From positions 5,312,001 through 5,376,000 of the forward strand of contig OZ255842.1 of the NCBI GenBank assembly GCA_965277805.1: 64,000 bases of DNA. Reading direction: 5' to 3'. A model generated the notes under the pieces. The model ran no database searches and was not told where the DNA came from. It worked only from the letters and a program-made list of their open reading frames with translations. Both the position numbers and the translations under genes were made by a program. This DNA is from Candidatus Lustribacter sp. (GTDB lineage Bacteria; Vulcanimicrobiota; Vulcanimicrobiia; Vulcanimicrobiales; Vulcanimicrobiaceae). This document shows positions 17,663 to 27,612 of this stretch, piece after piece (within the stretch, counting starts at the first letter, position 1; each line of letters starts with the position of its first letter).

Positions 17663-18505
17663 TCAGCGCGCGTTCGGATCGAGCGCTTCGCGCAGTCCGT
17701 CGCCGAGCAAGTTGAAACCGAGTACGAGCGCCGTGATGGCGAGGCCCGGAAAGATCAGCGCCCACGGCGCCGAGACCCAGTAGTCGCGCGCATCGTTGAG
17801 CATCGCGCCCCACTCGGGCGCCGGCGGGCGCGCGCCCAAGCCCAGATACGATAATCCGGCCGCTTCCAGCTCGGCCGTGGCGATACCGAGCGTCCCCTGG
17901 ATCAGCAGCGGCGCGAGGATGTTGGGCAGCACGTGGCGCGCTAGAATGCGCGGCACGCCGGCGCCGATCGCGCGTGCCGCCTCGACGTATTCCGTTTCTT
18001 TGACGCCCAGCACCGACGCTCGCGCGAGGCGCGCATACTGCGGGATGTATACGATGCCGACCGCGATCATCAGGTTGGTGATGCTGGGCCCGAGAATCGT
18101 CGTGATCGCGATTGCCAAGATGATCGAGGGAAACGCGAGGATGATGTCCATCGCGCCCATCAGTGCGTTCTCGACGCGTCCGCCGGCATAGCCCGCGATG
18201 AGGCCGATCAGCGTGCCGAGCGAGATCGCGAGGCCGACCGCGACGAAGCCGATCGCGATCGACGTGCGCGCGCCGTAGACGATGCGCGAGAAGACGTCGC
18301 GGCCGAGCTTATCCGTGCCGAGCCAATGTGCGAACGAGGGCGGCCGCGATTGCTGCGTGAGCGCTTGGCCCAGCGGATCGTGCGGGGCGACGACCGGCGC
18401 GAAGATCGCGACGGCAAGAATCAGCGCCACGATCAGCGCGCCGATGAGCGAGCCCGGCGAACGGCGGAATTTCCGCCACGTGTCGGTCGCGAAGGAGCGC
18501 GACGT
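17663..18505 (-). CDS. DppC/OppC-type ABC permease; true start probably ACG at 18505 (first canonical start is GTG at 18430)
   Basis: HWLGTDKLGRDVFSR, EYVEAARAIGA (EAA motif) and PEWGAML. The in-frame upstream sequence SRSFATDTWRKFRRSPGSLIG resembles an OppC N-terminal segment. Confidence 0.85.
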   Translation of the reverse strand, partial: TSRSFATDTWRKFRRSPGSLIGALIVALILAVAIFAPVVAPHDPLGQALTQQSRPPSFAHWLGTDKLGRDVFSRIVYGARTSIAIGFVAVGLAISLGTLIGLIAGYAGGRVENALMGAMDIILAFPSIILAIAITTILGPSITNLMIAVGIVYIPQYARLARASVLGVKETEYVEAARAIGAGVPRILARHVLPNILAPLLIQGTLGIATAELEAAGLSYLGLGARPPAPEWGAMLNDARDYWVSAPWALIFPGLAITALVLGFNLLGDGLREALDPNAR

Positions 18506-18711
18506 TACTGCGGTGACGTGCGCGTCCTCATCATGCGCAACAGCTTCTCCAAGTGCGCGATGTACTCGCGGCTATGGGTGAAGGTCCACATCTCGAGCAG
18601 TTTGGGATCGAGATCGTGCTCGGCCGCGTATTTGTCGCGGTCGCCGCTCATCGCGGCGCGGAAGAGGATCGCGACGATCTCGTCGGCGGACGGCTCGGGA
18701 GCCTCGGACAT
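18505..18711 (-). CDS. Small hypothetical protein (68 aa), possibly HTH-like
   Basis: ATG overlaps the mnmA stop (TGATG), and the ORF fills the operon gap. Confidence 0.6.
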   Translation of the reverse strand: MSEAPEPSADEIVAILFRAAMSGDRDKYAAEHDLDPKLLEMWTFTHSREYIAHLEKLLRMMRTRTSPQ

Positions 18712-19793
18712 CAACGAACCTCGCGAATGGTCGCGGCGCCGAGTACTTCCTCGCCGCTGGTATCGAAGAGCGCGACGAGCTGGCCCGGTGCGATCGCTTG
18801 ATGCAGCGCATCGAAGCGCACGGTCAGCGTGTCGCCGTCGAGCGCGGCGTGCGCGAGCGCCGGCGTTTGGCGGTAGCGCGTCATCGCGAGCACGCGCGCT
18901 GCGCCGTTCGCGAAGCGTTCGGGCTGGATCAAGTTGACCTCGTCGGCGACCAGTTCGTAAGCGCCGAGCTCTTCTTCACGCCCGACGACGATCGTGTTCG
19001 TCGCCGGATCGATGCGCGTCACGTAACGCGGACCCTCGCCGATGTTGGCGGGCAGGCCGCGCCGCTGACCGACGGTATAGTTCGCGATGCCGGCGTGCGC
19101 GCCGACCAGCTCGCCCTCCGACGTACGAATCTCGCCGGCCGTCATCGTGCTGGGAGCGACGCGCGCGAGGATGTCGCGATAGTCGCCGCCTTCGACGAAG
19201 CAGATGTCCTGGGACTCGGTCTTATCGGCGACCAGCAGACGCAGGCGTTCGGCATGGCCGCGGGTCGCGGACTTGTCGAGCTCGCCGAGCGGCAGCAGCA
19301 ATCCGGCGAGCTGCTCGCGGTCAAGTTGGGCCAGGGCGTAGGCTTGGTCCTTGGCGCGGGTACCGCGAAAGAGGTGCGGTCCGTCAGGCCGCTGTTCCAA
19401 GCGCGCGTAGTGGCCGGTGGCGATGTACGGGGCGCCGATGCGGCGTGCATAGGTGCGCAGCGTACCGAGCTTCACGAAGTTGTTGCAGGCGACGCACGGG
19501 TTGGGGGTGCGGCCGGTAGCGTAGTCGCTTGCAAAACGCTCGATCACGTTGCGCCGGAACGTTTCTTCGAAGTCGAGAACGTAATGCGGGATGCCGAGCG
19601 TCTGCGCGCTGCGCCGCGCGTCGTCGAAATCGTCGGCGCCGCAGCATGACTTCGCATGCGCCGGTTTCGTCGGCGCATACATCTTCATTGTGATCCCGAC
19701 GACATCGTAACCGGCCTCTACCAAGAGCCCCGCTGCGACCGCCGAATCGACGCCGCCGCTCATTGCTGCGACGACGCGTTTCCCGCGTGACAT
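18711..19793 (-). CDS. mnmA: tRNA-specific 2-thiouridylase MnmA
   Basis: [48 protein letters not shown] and APGQ. Confidence 0.97.
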   Translation of the reverse strand: MSRGKRVVAAMSGGVDSAVAAGLLVEAGYDVVGITMKMYAPTKPAHAKSCCGADDFDDARRSAQTLGIPHYVLDFEETFRRNVIERFASDYATGRTPNPCVACNNFVKLGTLRTYARRIGAPYIATGHYARLEQRPDGPHLFRGTRAKDQAYALAQLDREQLAGLLLPLGELDKSATRGHAERLRLLVADKTESQDICFVEGGDYRDILARVAPSTMTAGEIRTSEGELVGAHAGIANYTVGQRRGLPANIGEGPRYVTRIDPATNTIVVGREEELGAYELVADEVNLIQPERFANGAARVLAMTRYRQTPALAHAALDGDTLTVRFDALHQAIAPGQLVALFDTSGEEVLGAATIREVR

Positions 19794-19849
19794 TGCATTC
19801 GTATGACTCGGCCACAGGAGAACGGGATGCGCCCGCAAACCGGTTTATT

Positions 19850-20665
19850 GTGTCAGCGCTCGGCGAGGAGTTCCGCAGCGCGCGTGAAGCGCGCGGCCTT
19901 TCGCTCTCGGACGTTGCGGAACGGCTGCACATCCGCAGCGTCTATCTCGCTGCGATCGAAGATGAGGATTGGCACGTTATCGGGGCACCGGTTTACGTCC
20001 GGGGCTTCATGCGAACGTATGCTCGATTTCTCGGGCTCGACCCCGAGGCGGCCGTCGCGAGGTTCGCCGCCGTGATCCCGGCCAACGCCCCGCCCGCTCC
20101 CGCCCCGCGCCAGGCTGCGGCGGCGAACGCGGCCGAAAAGCGCGCCGCCGGGGAGCGCAGCAGCCCCTCTCTCGCCGCGGTGCTCTCGATTGTGGTCGCG
20201 GTGCTGGTCGTACTATTCGTGGGCTACGAGTTCTACCAGTACCGGGCCGGAGGGCCGGCGGCCCCGGTCGCCGATGCCTCAGCGGTGCCTGCCGGCCCGG
20301 ACGTGGCCGCCGCGCCCCCGGCCGCCGGTTCCAATACGCCCGCCCTCGCCGGCGCCGCTGCCGGGGGCGACTCCCTCGCCGCGGTCCCGTCGCTAGCCTC
20401 GCCGGCGGCGGCACCCAAGGCCGTCAAGCGGGGTCTGAACCTTCATGTGACGGAGACGTCGTGGCTGCGAGTAACCGTCGATGGTACCGTAGTCCTCGAA
20501 GGGACGCTCCCGACCGGCGCGTCTAAGACGTTTACGGGAAAGGTCGCCGACGTTCGGGTCGGCAATGCCGGCGGCGTCAAAATCGCGGTCAACGGGCGCG
20601 CGCTCGGACCGCTCGGCGCGTCCGGTGACGTCGTGGAGCGGCGCTTCGTCCTCTCCGGAGAGTAA
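19850..20665 (+). CDS. rodZ: RodZ-like protein (HTH_25, TM, DUF4115)
   Basis: LGEEFRSAREARGLSL...YVRGFMRTYARFLGLD, one TM, and SWLRVTVDG...GNAGGVKIAVNG. GTG start at 19850. Confidence 0.85.
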   Translation: MSALGEEFRSAREARGLSLSDVAERLHIRSVYLAAIEDEDWHVIGAPVYVRGFMRTYARFLGLDPEAAVARFAAVIPANAPPAPAPRQAAAANAAEKRAAGERSSPSLAAVLSIVVAVLVVLFVGYEFYQYRAGGPAAPVADASAVPAGPDVAAAPPAAGSNTPALAGAAAGGDSLAAVPSLASPAAAPKAVKRGLNLHVTETSWLRVTVDGTVVLEGTLPTGASKTFTGKVADVRVGNAGGVKIAVNGRALGPLGASGDVVERRFVLSGE

Positions 20666-20671
20666 TTACCT

Positions 20672-21160
20672 ATGGCCGACTTCTCGTTTGATGTCGTTTC
20701 GAAAATCGACCCGCAAGAATTAGACAACGCCCTCAACCAAGCGCGGAAAGAAATTGCCGGCCGCTTCGATTTCAAGCATTCCATCGCGTCCATCGAGAAC
20801 ACCGACAAAGAGATCACCGTCCTCGCCGACGACGAAATGAAGCTCAAGAACGTTGTCGATATCATCCAGAGCAAAGCCGTCAAGCGTGGCATCGATCTCA
20901 AAGCCTTTGATTTGAAGGAAGCGGAACCGGCAAGCGGTAGCACGCTTCGTCAGAAGATCGTTTTGCGAGCGGGTATTCCGAAGGACAAGAGCAAGCCGCT
21001 GATCGAGGCGATCAAAGCCTCGAAGCTCAAGGTGAACGCGCAGTACCAGGACGAGCAGATCCGCGTCTCAGGTAAATCCAAGGACGATCTGCAAAAAGTA
21101 CAGTCGCTTCTGACCGGCTTGACCTACGAGTTGCCGCTGCAATTCACGAACTACCGCTGA
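20672..21160 (+). CDS. yajQ: YajQ family nucleotide/c-di-GMP-binding protein
   Basis: SFDVVSKID..ELDNALNQA..EI..RFDFK, IRVSGKSKDDLQ and LQFTNYR. Confidence 0.95.
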   Translation: MADFSFDVVSKIDPQELDNALNQARKEIAGRFDFKHSIASIENTDKEITVLADDEMKLKNVVDIIQSKAVKRGIDLKAFDLKEAEPASGSTLRQKIVLRAGIPKDKSKPLIEAIKASKLKVNAQYQDEQIRVSGKSKDDLQKVQSLLTGLTYELPLQFTNYR

Positions 21161-21180
21161 CCGCGGTAGCATAAACGAGG

Positions 21181-22599
21181 GTGACCATCAACGTGCCAAC
21201 CGCCCCATCGACCGGCTCGGGGCAGCGAGTCTCATTCGTGTCCCTCGGCTGCGCCAAGAACCTCGTCGACTCCGAGGTGATGATCGGCAAGCTGGGTGCT
21301 GCCGGCTGGGAGCTGGTTCCGGACGCCGCCGATGCCGACGCGATCGTGGTCAACACGTGTGCCTTCATCGATCCGGCGAAGGCTGAATCGACCGATGTCA
21401 TCCTCGAGCACGCGCAGCGCAAACGTCCGGGCCAGCAGCTGATCGTCGCCGGCTGTCTCTCACAACGCTTCGGCGCCGAACTGCAGTCGCTGATCCCCGA
21501 AATCGACGGGGTCGTCGGCACCGGCGCGTACGCCGGGATCGTCGAGCTGCTCGAAGACGCGCAGGCCGGCAAACGGCCCGTGCGGCTCGATTTCGAAGCC
21601 GAGCCCGAACACGATTTCTTGCCGCGGCTGATTACGACGCCGTCGGCCACGGCCTACCTGAAGATCGCCGAAGGCTGCGATCACCCGTGCACGTTCTGCA
21701 TCATCCCGCAACTGCGCGGCGCGTTCCGTTCGCGTTCGGAAGAGTCGATCCTGATGGAAGCGCGTGCGCTGGCGGCCGGCGGCACGAAAGAACTGATCCT
21801 CATCGCGCAAGACACCTCGATGTACGGCCGCGATCGCGGCGCACGCCGCGGCGGTTTGGCGCGGCTGCTCGAAAAGCTCAACGCGATCGAGGAGCTCACC
21901 TGGATCCGCTTGCTCTACCTTTATCCGGCCACGGTCGACAGCGAGTTGATCGACGCGATGGGCGCGCTCGACAAAGTCTGCGCGTACATGGATATGCCGC
22001 TGCAGCATGCGCACCCCGACGTCTTGCGCGCGATGCGCCGGCCCTCCAACGGCGAACGCTATCTCGAGATCATCGATGAGTTCCGGCGCCGCATTCCGGG
22101 CGTGACGATGCGCTCGACGTTCATCGTCGGGTTCCCCGGCGAGACCGACGAGCACGTCGCTTATCTCGAAGAATTCATCGCTAAGGCGCAGCTCGATCGC
22201 GTCGGTTTCTTCACGTACTCGCGCGAAGACGGAACTCCCGGCGCACTGCTCGGCAATCAAGTGCCGGCGGCGGCCAAACGCAAACGGCTCGTGCGCCTGC
22301 GCGAAGCGCAACGTTTGGCCTCGGAGCGCGCGCGCGCGACGCGCATCGGATCGACCGTGCGCGTGCTGATCGAAGAACGCCGCCGCTTGCGGCGCACGGA
22401 TCCGCTGGCGGTTGCGCTCGGCGGCGTCGACGTCACCGTCGGCCGCTCCGAGGGCGAAGCGCCGGGCGTCGACGGCGGCATCTACCTGCGCGAAGACCTA
22501 CCGATCGGTTCGTTCGCGGATGTCCGTCTCGACGGTCACGGCGCGTTTGATTTCTACGGCGCGGCGATTGCGGATCGGCACGTGGCGGTCGGCGTTTGA
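21181..22599 (+). CDS. rimO: Ribosomal protein S12 methylthiotransferase RimO
   Basis: SLGCAKNLVDSE, NTCAFI, EGCDHPCTFC radical SAM motif, YLYP, DMPLQH and a TRAM domain (APGVDG). Confidence 0.95.
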   Translation: MTINVPTAPSTGSGQRVSFVSLGCAKNLVDSEVMIGKLGAAGWELVPDAADADAIVVNTCAFIDPAKAESTDVILEHAQRKRPGQQLIVAGCLSQRFGAELQSLIPEIDGVVGTGAYAGIVELLEDAQAGKRPVRLDFEAEPEHDFLPRLITTPSATAYLKIAEGCDHPCTFCIIPQLRGAFRSRSEESILMEARALAAGGTKELILIAQDTSMYGRDRGARRGGLARLLEKLNAIEELTWIRLLYLYPATVDSELIDAMGALDKVCAYMDMPLQHAHPDVLRAMRRPSNGERYLEIIDEFRRRIPGVTMRSTFIVGFPGETDEHVAYLEEFIAKAQLDRVGFFTYSREDGTPGALLGNQVPAAAKRKRLVRLREAQRLASERARATRIGSTVRVLIEERRRLRRTDPLAVALGGVDVTVGRSEGEAPGVDGGIYLREDLPIGSFADVRLDGHGAFDFYGAAIADRHVAVGV

Positions 22600-24026
22600 G
22601 TAAGCGGATCGAGGCGGGACCGCCGGGCGATCGCGAGGTCCGGCACCGCCGCAGCGAACCGGTTCGTGCCGAGACGGACTACGCGCGACATGACCGGCTG
22701 GCGTATATCCTGGGCGCGCTGCTGATCGTTTTCGGATTGTTCACCTCCGCCGTCGCGTATACGATGGTGCGTTCGCATACCTATAACCCGGTCGTCGGCA
22801 TCGTGAACTACTTCGTGCCCTCGCCCGAATCGATGTTCGGCAAGGAGCGTATCTTCATTCTCCTCACCGGGCTCGACTACGACTACAACAACCTCGATGA
22901 GCCGACGTCGAAAGACTCGCGCACCGACAAGATCGAGGCCTATGCGATCGACTTCCCGACCAAGGTCGTCAAGAGCATCGCGGTGCCGCGCGACATGGAT
23001 GCAGTCGTCGCCGGCCACGAAGACAAGATCAACGATGCCTATCACTTCGGCGGCGAGAAAAACACCGACGCGGTCGTCGGAGCCTTTCTCGGGCTGCCGA
23101 AAACCGATAGCGGCAGCTACTTCGACCGGTACCTGACGTTCCGCATCAACACCGCCAAAGACTTGATCAACGCGATCGGCGGGGTCGACGTGCCGGTCAC
23201 CGAGACGTTGAATTACGACGACACGTGGGGCCATCTCCACATCCATTTCAAGCCGGGCCTCACGCACATGGACGGCGACATGGCCGTGTCCTACATGCGC
23301 TTCCGTCATGACGCGTGCAGCGATCCGTGCCGCATCAAGCGTCAGCAGTCCGTCGAAAAAATCACGATGGAGAAGCTCAAGAGCGACAAGTTCAACGACC
23401 TCACGCACATCGCGCAACTGATCGACGTACTGCACCGCGACGTCGACACGAACCTGACGCCCGACGAGATGAAGAGCGTCGCGTGGGCGTTCCGCGACAT
23501 GAACCTCACCGACGTGCACCAGACGCAAGTCCCGTTTATCGGCGACAAGGAGCTCAATTGCTGCGGTGACGTGCTCGTCGCCGACACTGCCGGTTTGTCG
23601 AAGATCGTCTCCGACTTCGTCGGCCCCTACGTCGCGGCCACGCCGCCGCCGTCGGTCGACGCGCTCGCCGCGGTGAAGCCCTCCGAGCTGCGCATCGACG
23701 TGCGCAACGGCAGCGGCGTGCCCGGGCTCGGCGCAAAGCTGGCCGCCGTCTTGCGCAAAGACGGCTACGTGATCAACAGCATCGGGAACGCCGATAACTT
23801 CGATTACGACACGACGCAGATCCGCGCGACGGCGAAGACGCCGCTGGCCGGCGAGCGCGTGCGCAACGATATCCACCTCGCCGCGGCGACGGTGACGCCG
23901 GTGCCCAATCCCACCGTTGCGGCAACGGCCGCGGCGTCGAGCAAGACGACCGCGCTGGCCGACGTGACGGTCGTCGTCGGGCGCGACTATCTCAACGTGC
24001 CGGCGGAGCCCGTCGCGCCGAAGTGA
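22596..24026 (+). CDS. LytR-CpsA-Psr (LCP) family protein with C-terminal LytR_C domain
   Basis: Single TM, SRTD, VPRD, KINDAY, INAIGGVDV, YMRFRH..D..RIKRQQ, and VRNGSGVPGLG. Confidence 0.92.
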   Translation: MSKRIEAGPPGDREVRHRRSEPVRAETDYARHDRLAYILGALLIVFGLFTSAVAYTMVRSHTYNPVVGIVNYFVPSPESMFGKERIFILLTGLDYDYNNLDEPTSKDSRTDKIEAYAIDFPTKVVKSIAVPRDMDAVVAGHEDKINDAYHFGGEKNTDAVVGAFLGLPKTDSGSYFDRYLTFRINTAKDLINAIGGVDVPVTETLNYDDTWGHLHIHFKPGLTHMDGDMAVSYMRFRHDACSDPCRIKRQQSVEKITMEKLKSDKFNDLTHIAQLIDVLHRDVDTNLTPDEMKSVAWAFRDMNLTDVHQTQVPFIGDKELNCCGDVLVADTAGLSKIVSDFVGPYVAATPPPSVDALAAVKPSELRIDVRNGSGVPGLGAKLAAVLRKDGYVINSIGNADNFDYDTTQIRATAKTPLAGERVRNDIHLAAATVTPVPNPTVAATAAASSKTTALADVTVVVGRDYLNVPAEPVAPK

Positions 24027-24856
24027 AGCGCCTCGCGGCGGTCGCCGTCATCGTGGCCGTCGCGATCGGTCTCACTTACGGCGGGTACCGCGTGTACCGG
24101 CGGTCGCTGCCGCCGCTGCCGGCGGTCGTGATGCACGACGCGCCGCTAGCGCCGTTGCTGGAAGCCTCGCTCGGCGCTCGCCTCCGGCATGCGGTGCTCG
24201 GCAGCGCGGCCGACCGGCACGTCGCCGGCCCGAAGCTGATCGCGCTGACGTTCGATGACGGTCCCTATCCGGTCGACACCCCGATGCTGCTCTCGGTGCT
24301 CCACGCCGCGCGCGTTCCGGCCACGTTTTTCCTGATCGGCCGCGACGCAGAGCAATATCCGGGGCTCGTTCGGGCGATCGCTGCGGGCGGCAACGAGATC
24401 GCCAACCACACCGAGACCCACCCCGATTTGACCACGCTCGACGGCCCGGCCGTGACCCGCGAGCTCACGGAGGGCGCCGCGACGCTGTCCGGGCTGACCC
24501 CGGGCCCCGAGATCCGGCACGAGTTCCGGCCGCCGCATGGGCGCTTCCGCGAGGCCACGCTGGCCGCCGCCCAGAGCGCCGGCTACGACACGATCCTCTG
24601 GACCGACGATCCGGGCGACTGGCGGAATGTCACGCGCATGGTCATCGGGGACCACATCGCGCGCTACGCGACGAGCCCGGAGATCCTGTTACTGCACAAC
24701 GGGCGGCCGGAGACGGTCGCGTTGCTGCCCGGCATAATCCAACGCTTCCGCAGCGCCGGGTATACCTTCACCACGGTGAGCGAAATCGTACGGCGGCTTG
24801 GTCCCGGACCGCTCAACCACGCCGCCCGGACGCCGCTCCCGCTCACGAACGACTAA
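24023..24856 (+). CDS. Polysaccharide deacetylase (CE4/NodB)
   Basis: [25 protein letters not shown] and LLLH motifs, with an N-terminal anchor. Confidence 0.92.
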   Translation: MKRLAAVAVIVAVAIGLTYGGYRVYRRSLPPLPAVVMHDAPLAPLLEASLGARLRHAVLGSAADRHVAGPKLIALTFDDGPYPVDTPMLLSVLHAARVPATFFLIGRDAEQYPGLVRAIAAGGNEIANHTETHPDLTTLDGPAVTRELTEGAATLSGLTPGPEIRHEFRPPHGRFREATLAAAQSAGYDTILWTDDPGDWRNVTRMVIGDHIARYATSPEILLLHNGRPETVALLPGIIQRFRSAGYTFTTVSEIVRRLGPGPLNHAARTPLPLTND

Positions 24857-24866
24857 CCCTCCAAGA

Positions 24867-24892
24867 GGAACCGGGCGGCGCGCCGAACGGTT
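24867..24892 (+). promoter_or_regulatory. Candidate ECF (SigH/SigR-like) promoter for secA
   Basis: GGAAC-N18-GTT ending 10 nt before the secA ATG. Confidence 0.4.
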
Positions 24893-24902
24893 ATACACCT
24901 GT

Positions 24903-27557
24903 ATGGCTTTCCTCAAGACGCTCTTCGACGGCAACGAGCGTGAAGTAATCCGGCTGCGGAAGACCGCCGATCGCGTCAACGCGCTCGAACCCGCAACAGC
25001 CGCCCTCTCTGACGAAGCGCTGGCCGCCAAAACGGTCGAGTTCCGCGAACGGCTGGCGGGCGGCGCGACCGTCGACGAACTGCTCGTCGAGGCATTCGCA
25101 GTCGTGCGCGAGGCCGGCAAACGGGTCCTGGGGATGCGGCATTTCGACGTGCAGCTGATGGGCGGTCACGCCCTGCACGAAGGCAACGTTGCCGAGATGC
25201 GCACCGGTGAGGGCAAGACGCTCGTCGCCACGCTCCCCGTCTACCTCAACGCGCTCACCGGTGAGGGCGTGCACGTCGTCACGGTCAACGACTACCTCGC
25301 CAAACGCGACGCGGAATGGATGGGGCCGCTCTACAACGCGCTCGGCCTCACCGTCGGCATCATCCAGCACGATCTCGATTCCGCCGCGCGCCGCGAAGCG
25401 TACAACTGCGACATCACCTACGTCACGAACAACGAAGTCGGCTTCGACTACCTGCGCGATAACATGGCGTGGAGTCTCGATCAGATGGTGCAGCGCAAAC
25501 TGCACTTCGCGATCGTCGACGAAGTCGACTCGATCCTCATCGACGAGGCGCGCACGCCGCTGATCATCAGCGGTCAGGGTCACGATGCGACCGAGCTGTA
25601 CGGCTCGTTCGCCAAGATTCTTCCCCGCCTCGTGAAGGACGAAGACTTCACCGTCGATGAGAAATCGCACGCCGTGCCGATCACGGAAAAGGGCGTCGCG
25701 AAGGTCGAGAAGATCCTCGGCGTCACGAACCTCTACGACCAGCGTAACCTCGAGCTGACGCACCAGCTCAACGCCGCGCTGAAGGCATGGCATCTCTTCC
25801 ACAAGGACCAGCAGTACATCGTCAAGGACGGCGAAGTCGTCATCGTCGATGAATTCACCGGCCGCTTGATGTACGGACGCCGCTATTCCGAAGGCATCCA
25901 TCAGGCGATCGAGGCGAAAGAAGGCCTGGCGGTTCGCAGCGAGGATCAGACGCTCGCAACGATCACGTTCCAGAATTACTTCCGCCTCTACAAGAAACTC
26001 GCCGGCATGACCGGTACCGCGAAGACGGAAGAACGCGAGTTCCGCGACATTTACGGCCTCAACGTCGTCGTCATGCCGACGAACCAAGCCGTCGCGCGCA
26101 AAGACCAGCCCGATATCGTCTACCGCACCGAGAACGCGAAGTTTGAAGCGGTCGTCGACGAGATCATTGCCGAACACGAAAAGGGCCGCCCGGTACTGGT
26201 GGGCACGCGTTCGATCGAAAAATCCGAGCGCCTTGCGATGCTCTTGCGCCGGCGCGGCGTCGAGTGCAACGTGCTCAACGCGAAGTATCACGAGCAAGAA
26301 GCGCAGATCATCAAAGACGCCGGTTTTTGGGGCGCGGTGACGATCGCGACCAACATGGCCGGCCGCGGCGTCGACATCAAACTCGGCGAAGGCGTGGCCG
26401 CGATCGGCGGCCTGCACATCATCGGCACGGAGCGCCACGAGTCGCGGCGTATCGACAACCAGCTGCGCGGCCGCGCCGGCCGTCAGGGCGATCCGGGCTC
26501 GACGCGCTTCTACATCGCGCTCGACGATGAGCTGATGCGCCTTTTCGGCGCCGAGCGCATTCAGAAGATGATGGACTTCGTCAAGTTCACCGACGAAACG
26601 CCGATCGAAGCCGGCATCCTGTCGAAATCGATCGAGAACGCGCAGTCGAAGGTCGAGAACCACAACTACGAGATCCGCAAACAGGTACTCGAGTACGACG
26701 ACGTCATGAACAAGCAGCGCGAGGTGATTTACGCCGAGCGCCGCCGAGTGCTCGAAGGCCAGCCGTTGCGCGACTTCTTCATCGAGACGCTGCAAACCAA
26801 AGTCAGCGACGCCGTCAACAGCGGCGCGCCGCCGGAAGAACATCCGAGCGAGTGGGATCTCGAGGCGATTCTCGACGAGCTGCAGCTGATCGTTCCGATC
26901 AAAGACCGCATCACCGTCGCCGAACTCGAATCGATGGACCGCGACGCGATGAAGGAGCGCTTGAGCGAGATCGCCGTCAGCTTCTACGAGGCCAAGGAAG
27001 CTGAAGTCACGCCCGAAATCATGCGCATGGTCGAGTCGCAGTACATCATGCTGCCGATCATCGACCGGCTGTGGGTCGATCATCTCTACATCATGGACGC
27101 GCTTAAGGCCGGCATCGGCTTGCGCGGCTACGGTCAGAAAGACCCGCGCGTCGAGTACGAAAAAGAAGCTTACGAGATCTTCGAAGACCTCAAGAGCAAC
27201 ATCGCCGACGAGGCGATCAAGGCCGTGTTCTCGGTGCGCATCGAGATCGAGCCCGAAGCTGCGCCGCAACCGGTGGCCGTGGGCGCCAACGGCAACGGTG
27301 CCGCACCGGCGTTCGAACCGCTGCCGACGGGCCAACTGATTCCGCAGGCCGCGCCGCACATGGACCCGGTCGCTGCGGAACGTCTGCTCGGACCCGCCCC
27401 GCGCGGGCCGGCCGAAAACGTCCGCACCAACCGCGACGATGCGACGGCTCCCGCGGCAAAATCGAACGGCTCACAGCCGGATAAAGTCGGCCGCAACGAT
27501 ATGTGTCCGTGCGGCTCAGGTAAGAAGTACAAGCGCTGTCACGGAGCCGCTGCTTAG
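24903..27557 (+). CDS. secA: Preprotein translocase subunit SecA
   Basis: [57 protein letters not shown], and a C-terminal SEC-C motif ([13 protein letters not shown]). Confidence 0.98.
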   Translation: MAFLKTLFDGNEREVIRLRKTADRVNALEPATAALSDEALAAKTVEFRERLAGGATVDELLVEAFAVVREAGKRVLGMRHFDVQLMGGHALHEGNVAEMRTGEGKTLVATLPVYLNALTGEGVHVVTVNDYLAKRDAEWMGPLYNALGLTVGIIQHDLDSAARREAYNCDITYVTNNEVGFDYLRDNMAWSLDQMVQRKLHFAIVDEVDSILIDEARTPLIISGQGHDATELYGSFAKILPRLVKDEDFTVDEKSHAVPITEKGVAKVEKILGVTNLYDQRNLELTHQLNAALKAWHLFHKDQQYIVKDGEVVIVDEFTGRLMYGRRYSEGIHQAIEAKEGLAVRSEDQTLATITFQNYFRLYKKLAGMTGTAKTEEREFRDIYGLNVVVMPTNQAVARKDQPDIVYRTENAKFEAVVDEIIAEHEKGRPVLVGTRSIEKSERLAMLLRRRGVECNVLNAKYHEQEAQIIKDAGFWGAVTIATNMAGRGVDIKLGEGVAAIGGLHIIGTERHESRRIDNQLRGRAGRQGDPGSTRFYIALDDELMRLFGAERIQKMMDFVKFTDETPIEAGILSKSIENAQSKVENHNYEIRKQVLEYDDVMNKQREVIYAERRRVLEGQPLRDFFIETLQTKVSDAVNSGAPPEEHPSEWDLEAILDELQLIVPIKDRITVAELESMDRDAMKERLSEIAVSFYEAKEAEVTPEIMRMVESQYIMLPIIDRLWVDHLYIMDALKAGIGLRGYGQKDPRVEYEKEAYEIFEDLKSNIADEAIKAVFSVRIEIEPEAAPQPVAVGANGNGAAPAFEPLPTGQLIPQAAPHMDPVAAERLLGPAPRGPAENVRTNRDDATAPAAKSNGSQPDKVGRNDMCPCGSGKKYKRCHGAAA

Positions 27558-27612
27558 CGCTTGCTCTTTTTGGGTACAGCGTGCGCCGCCACCCGGCAAG
27601 CAAGGCTCACGC

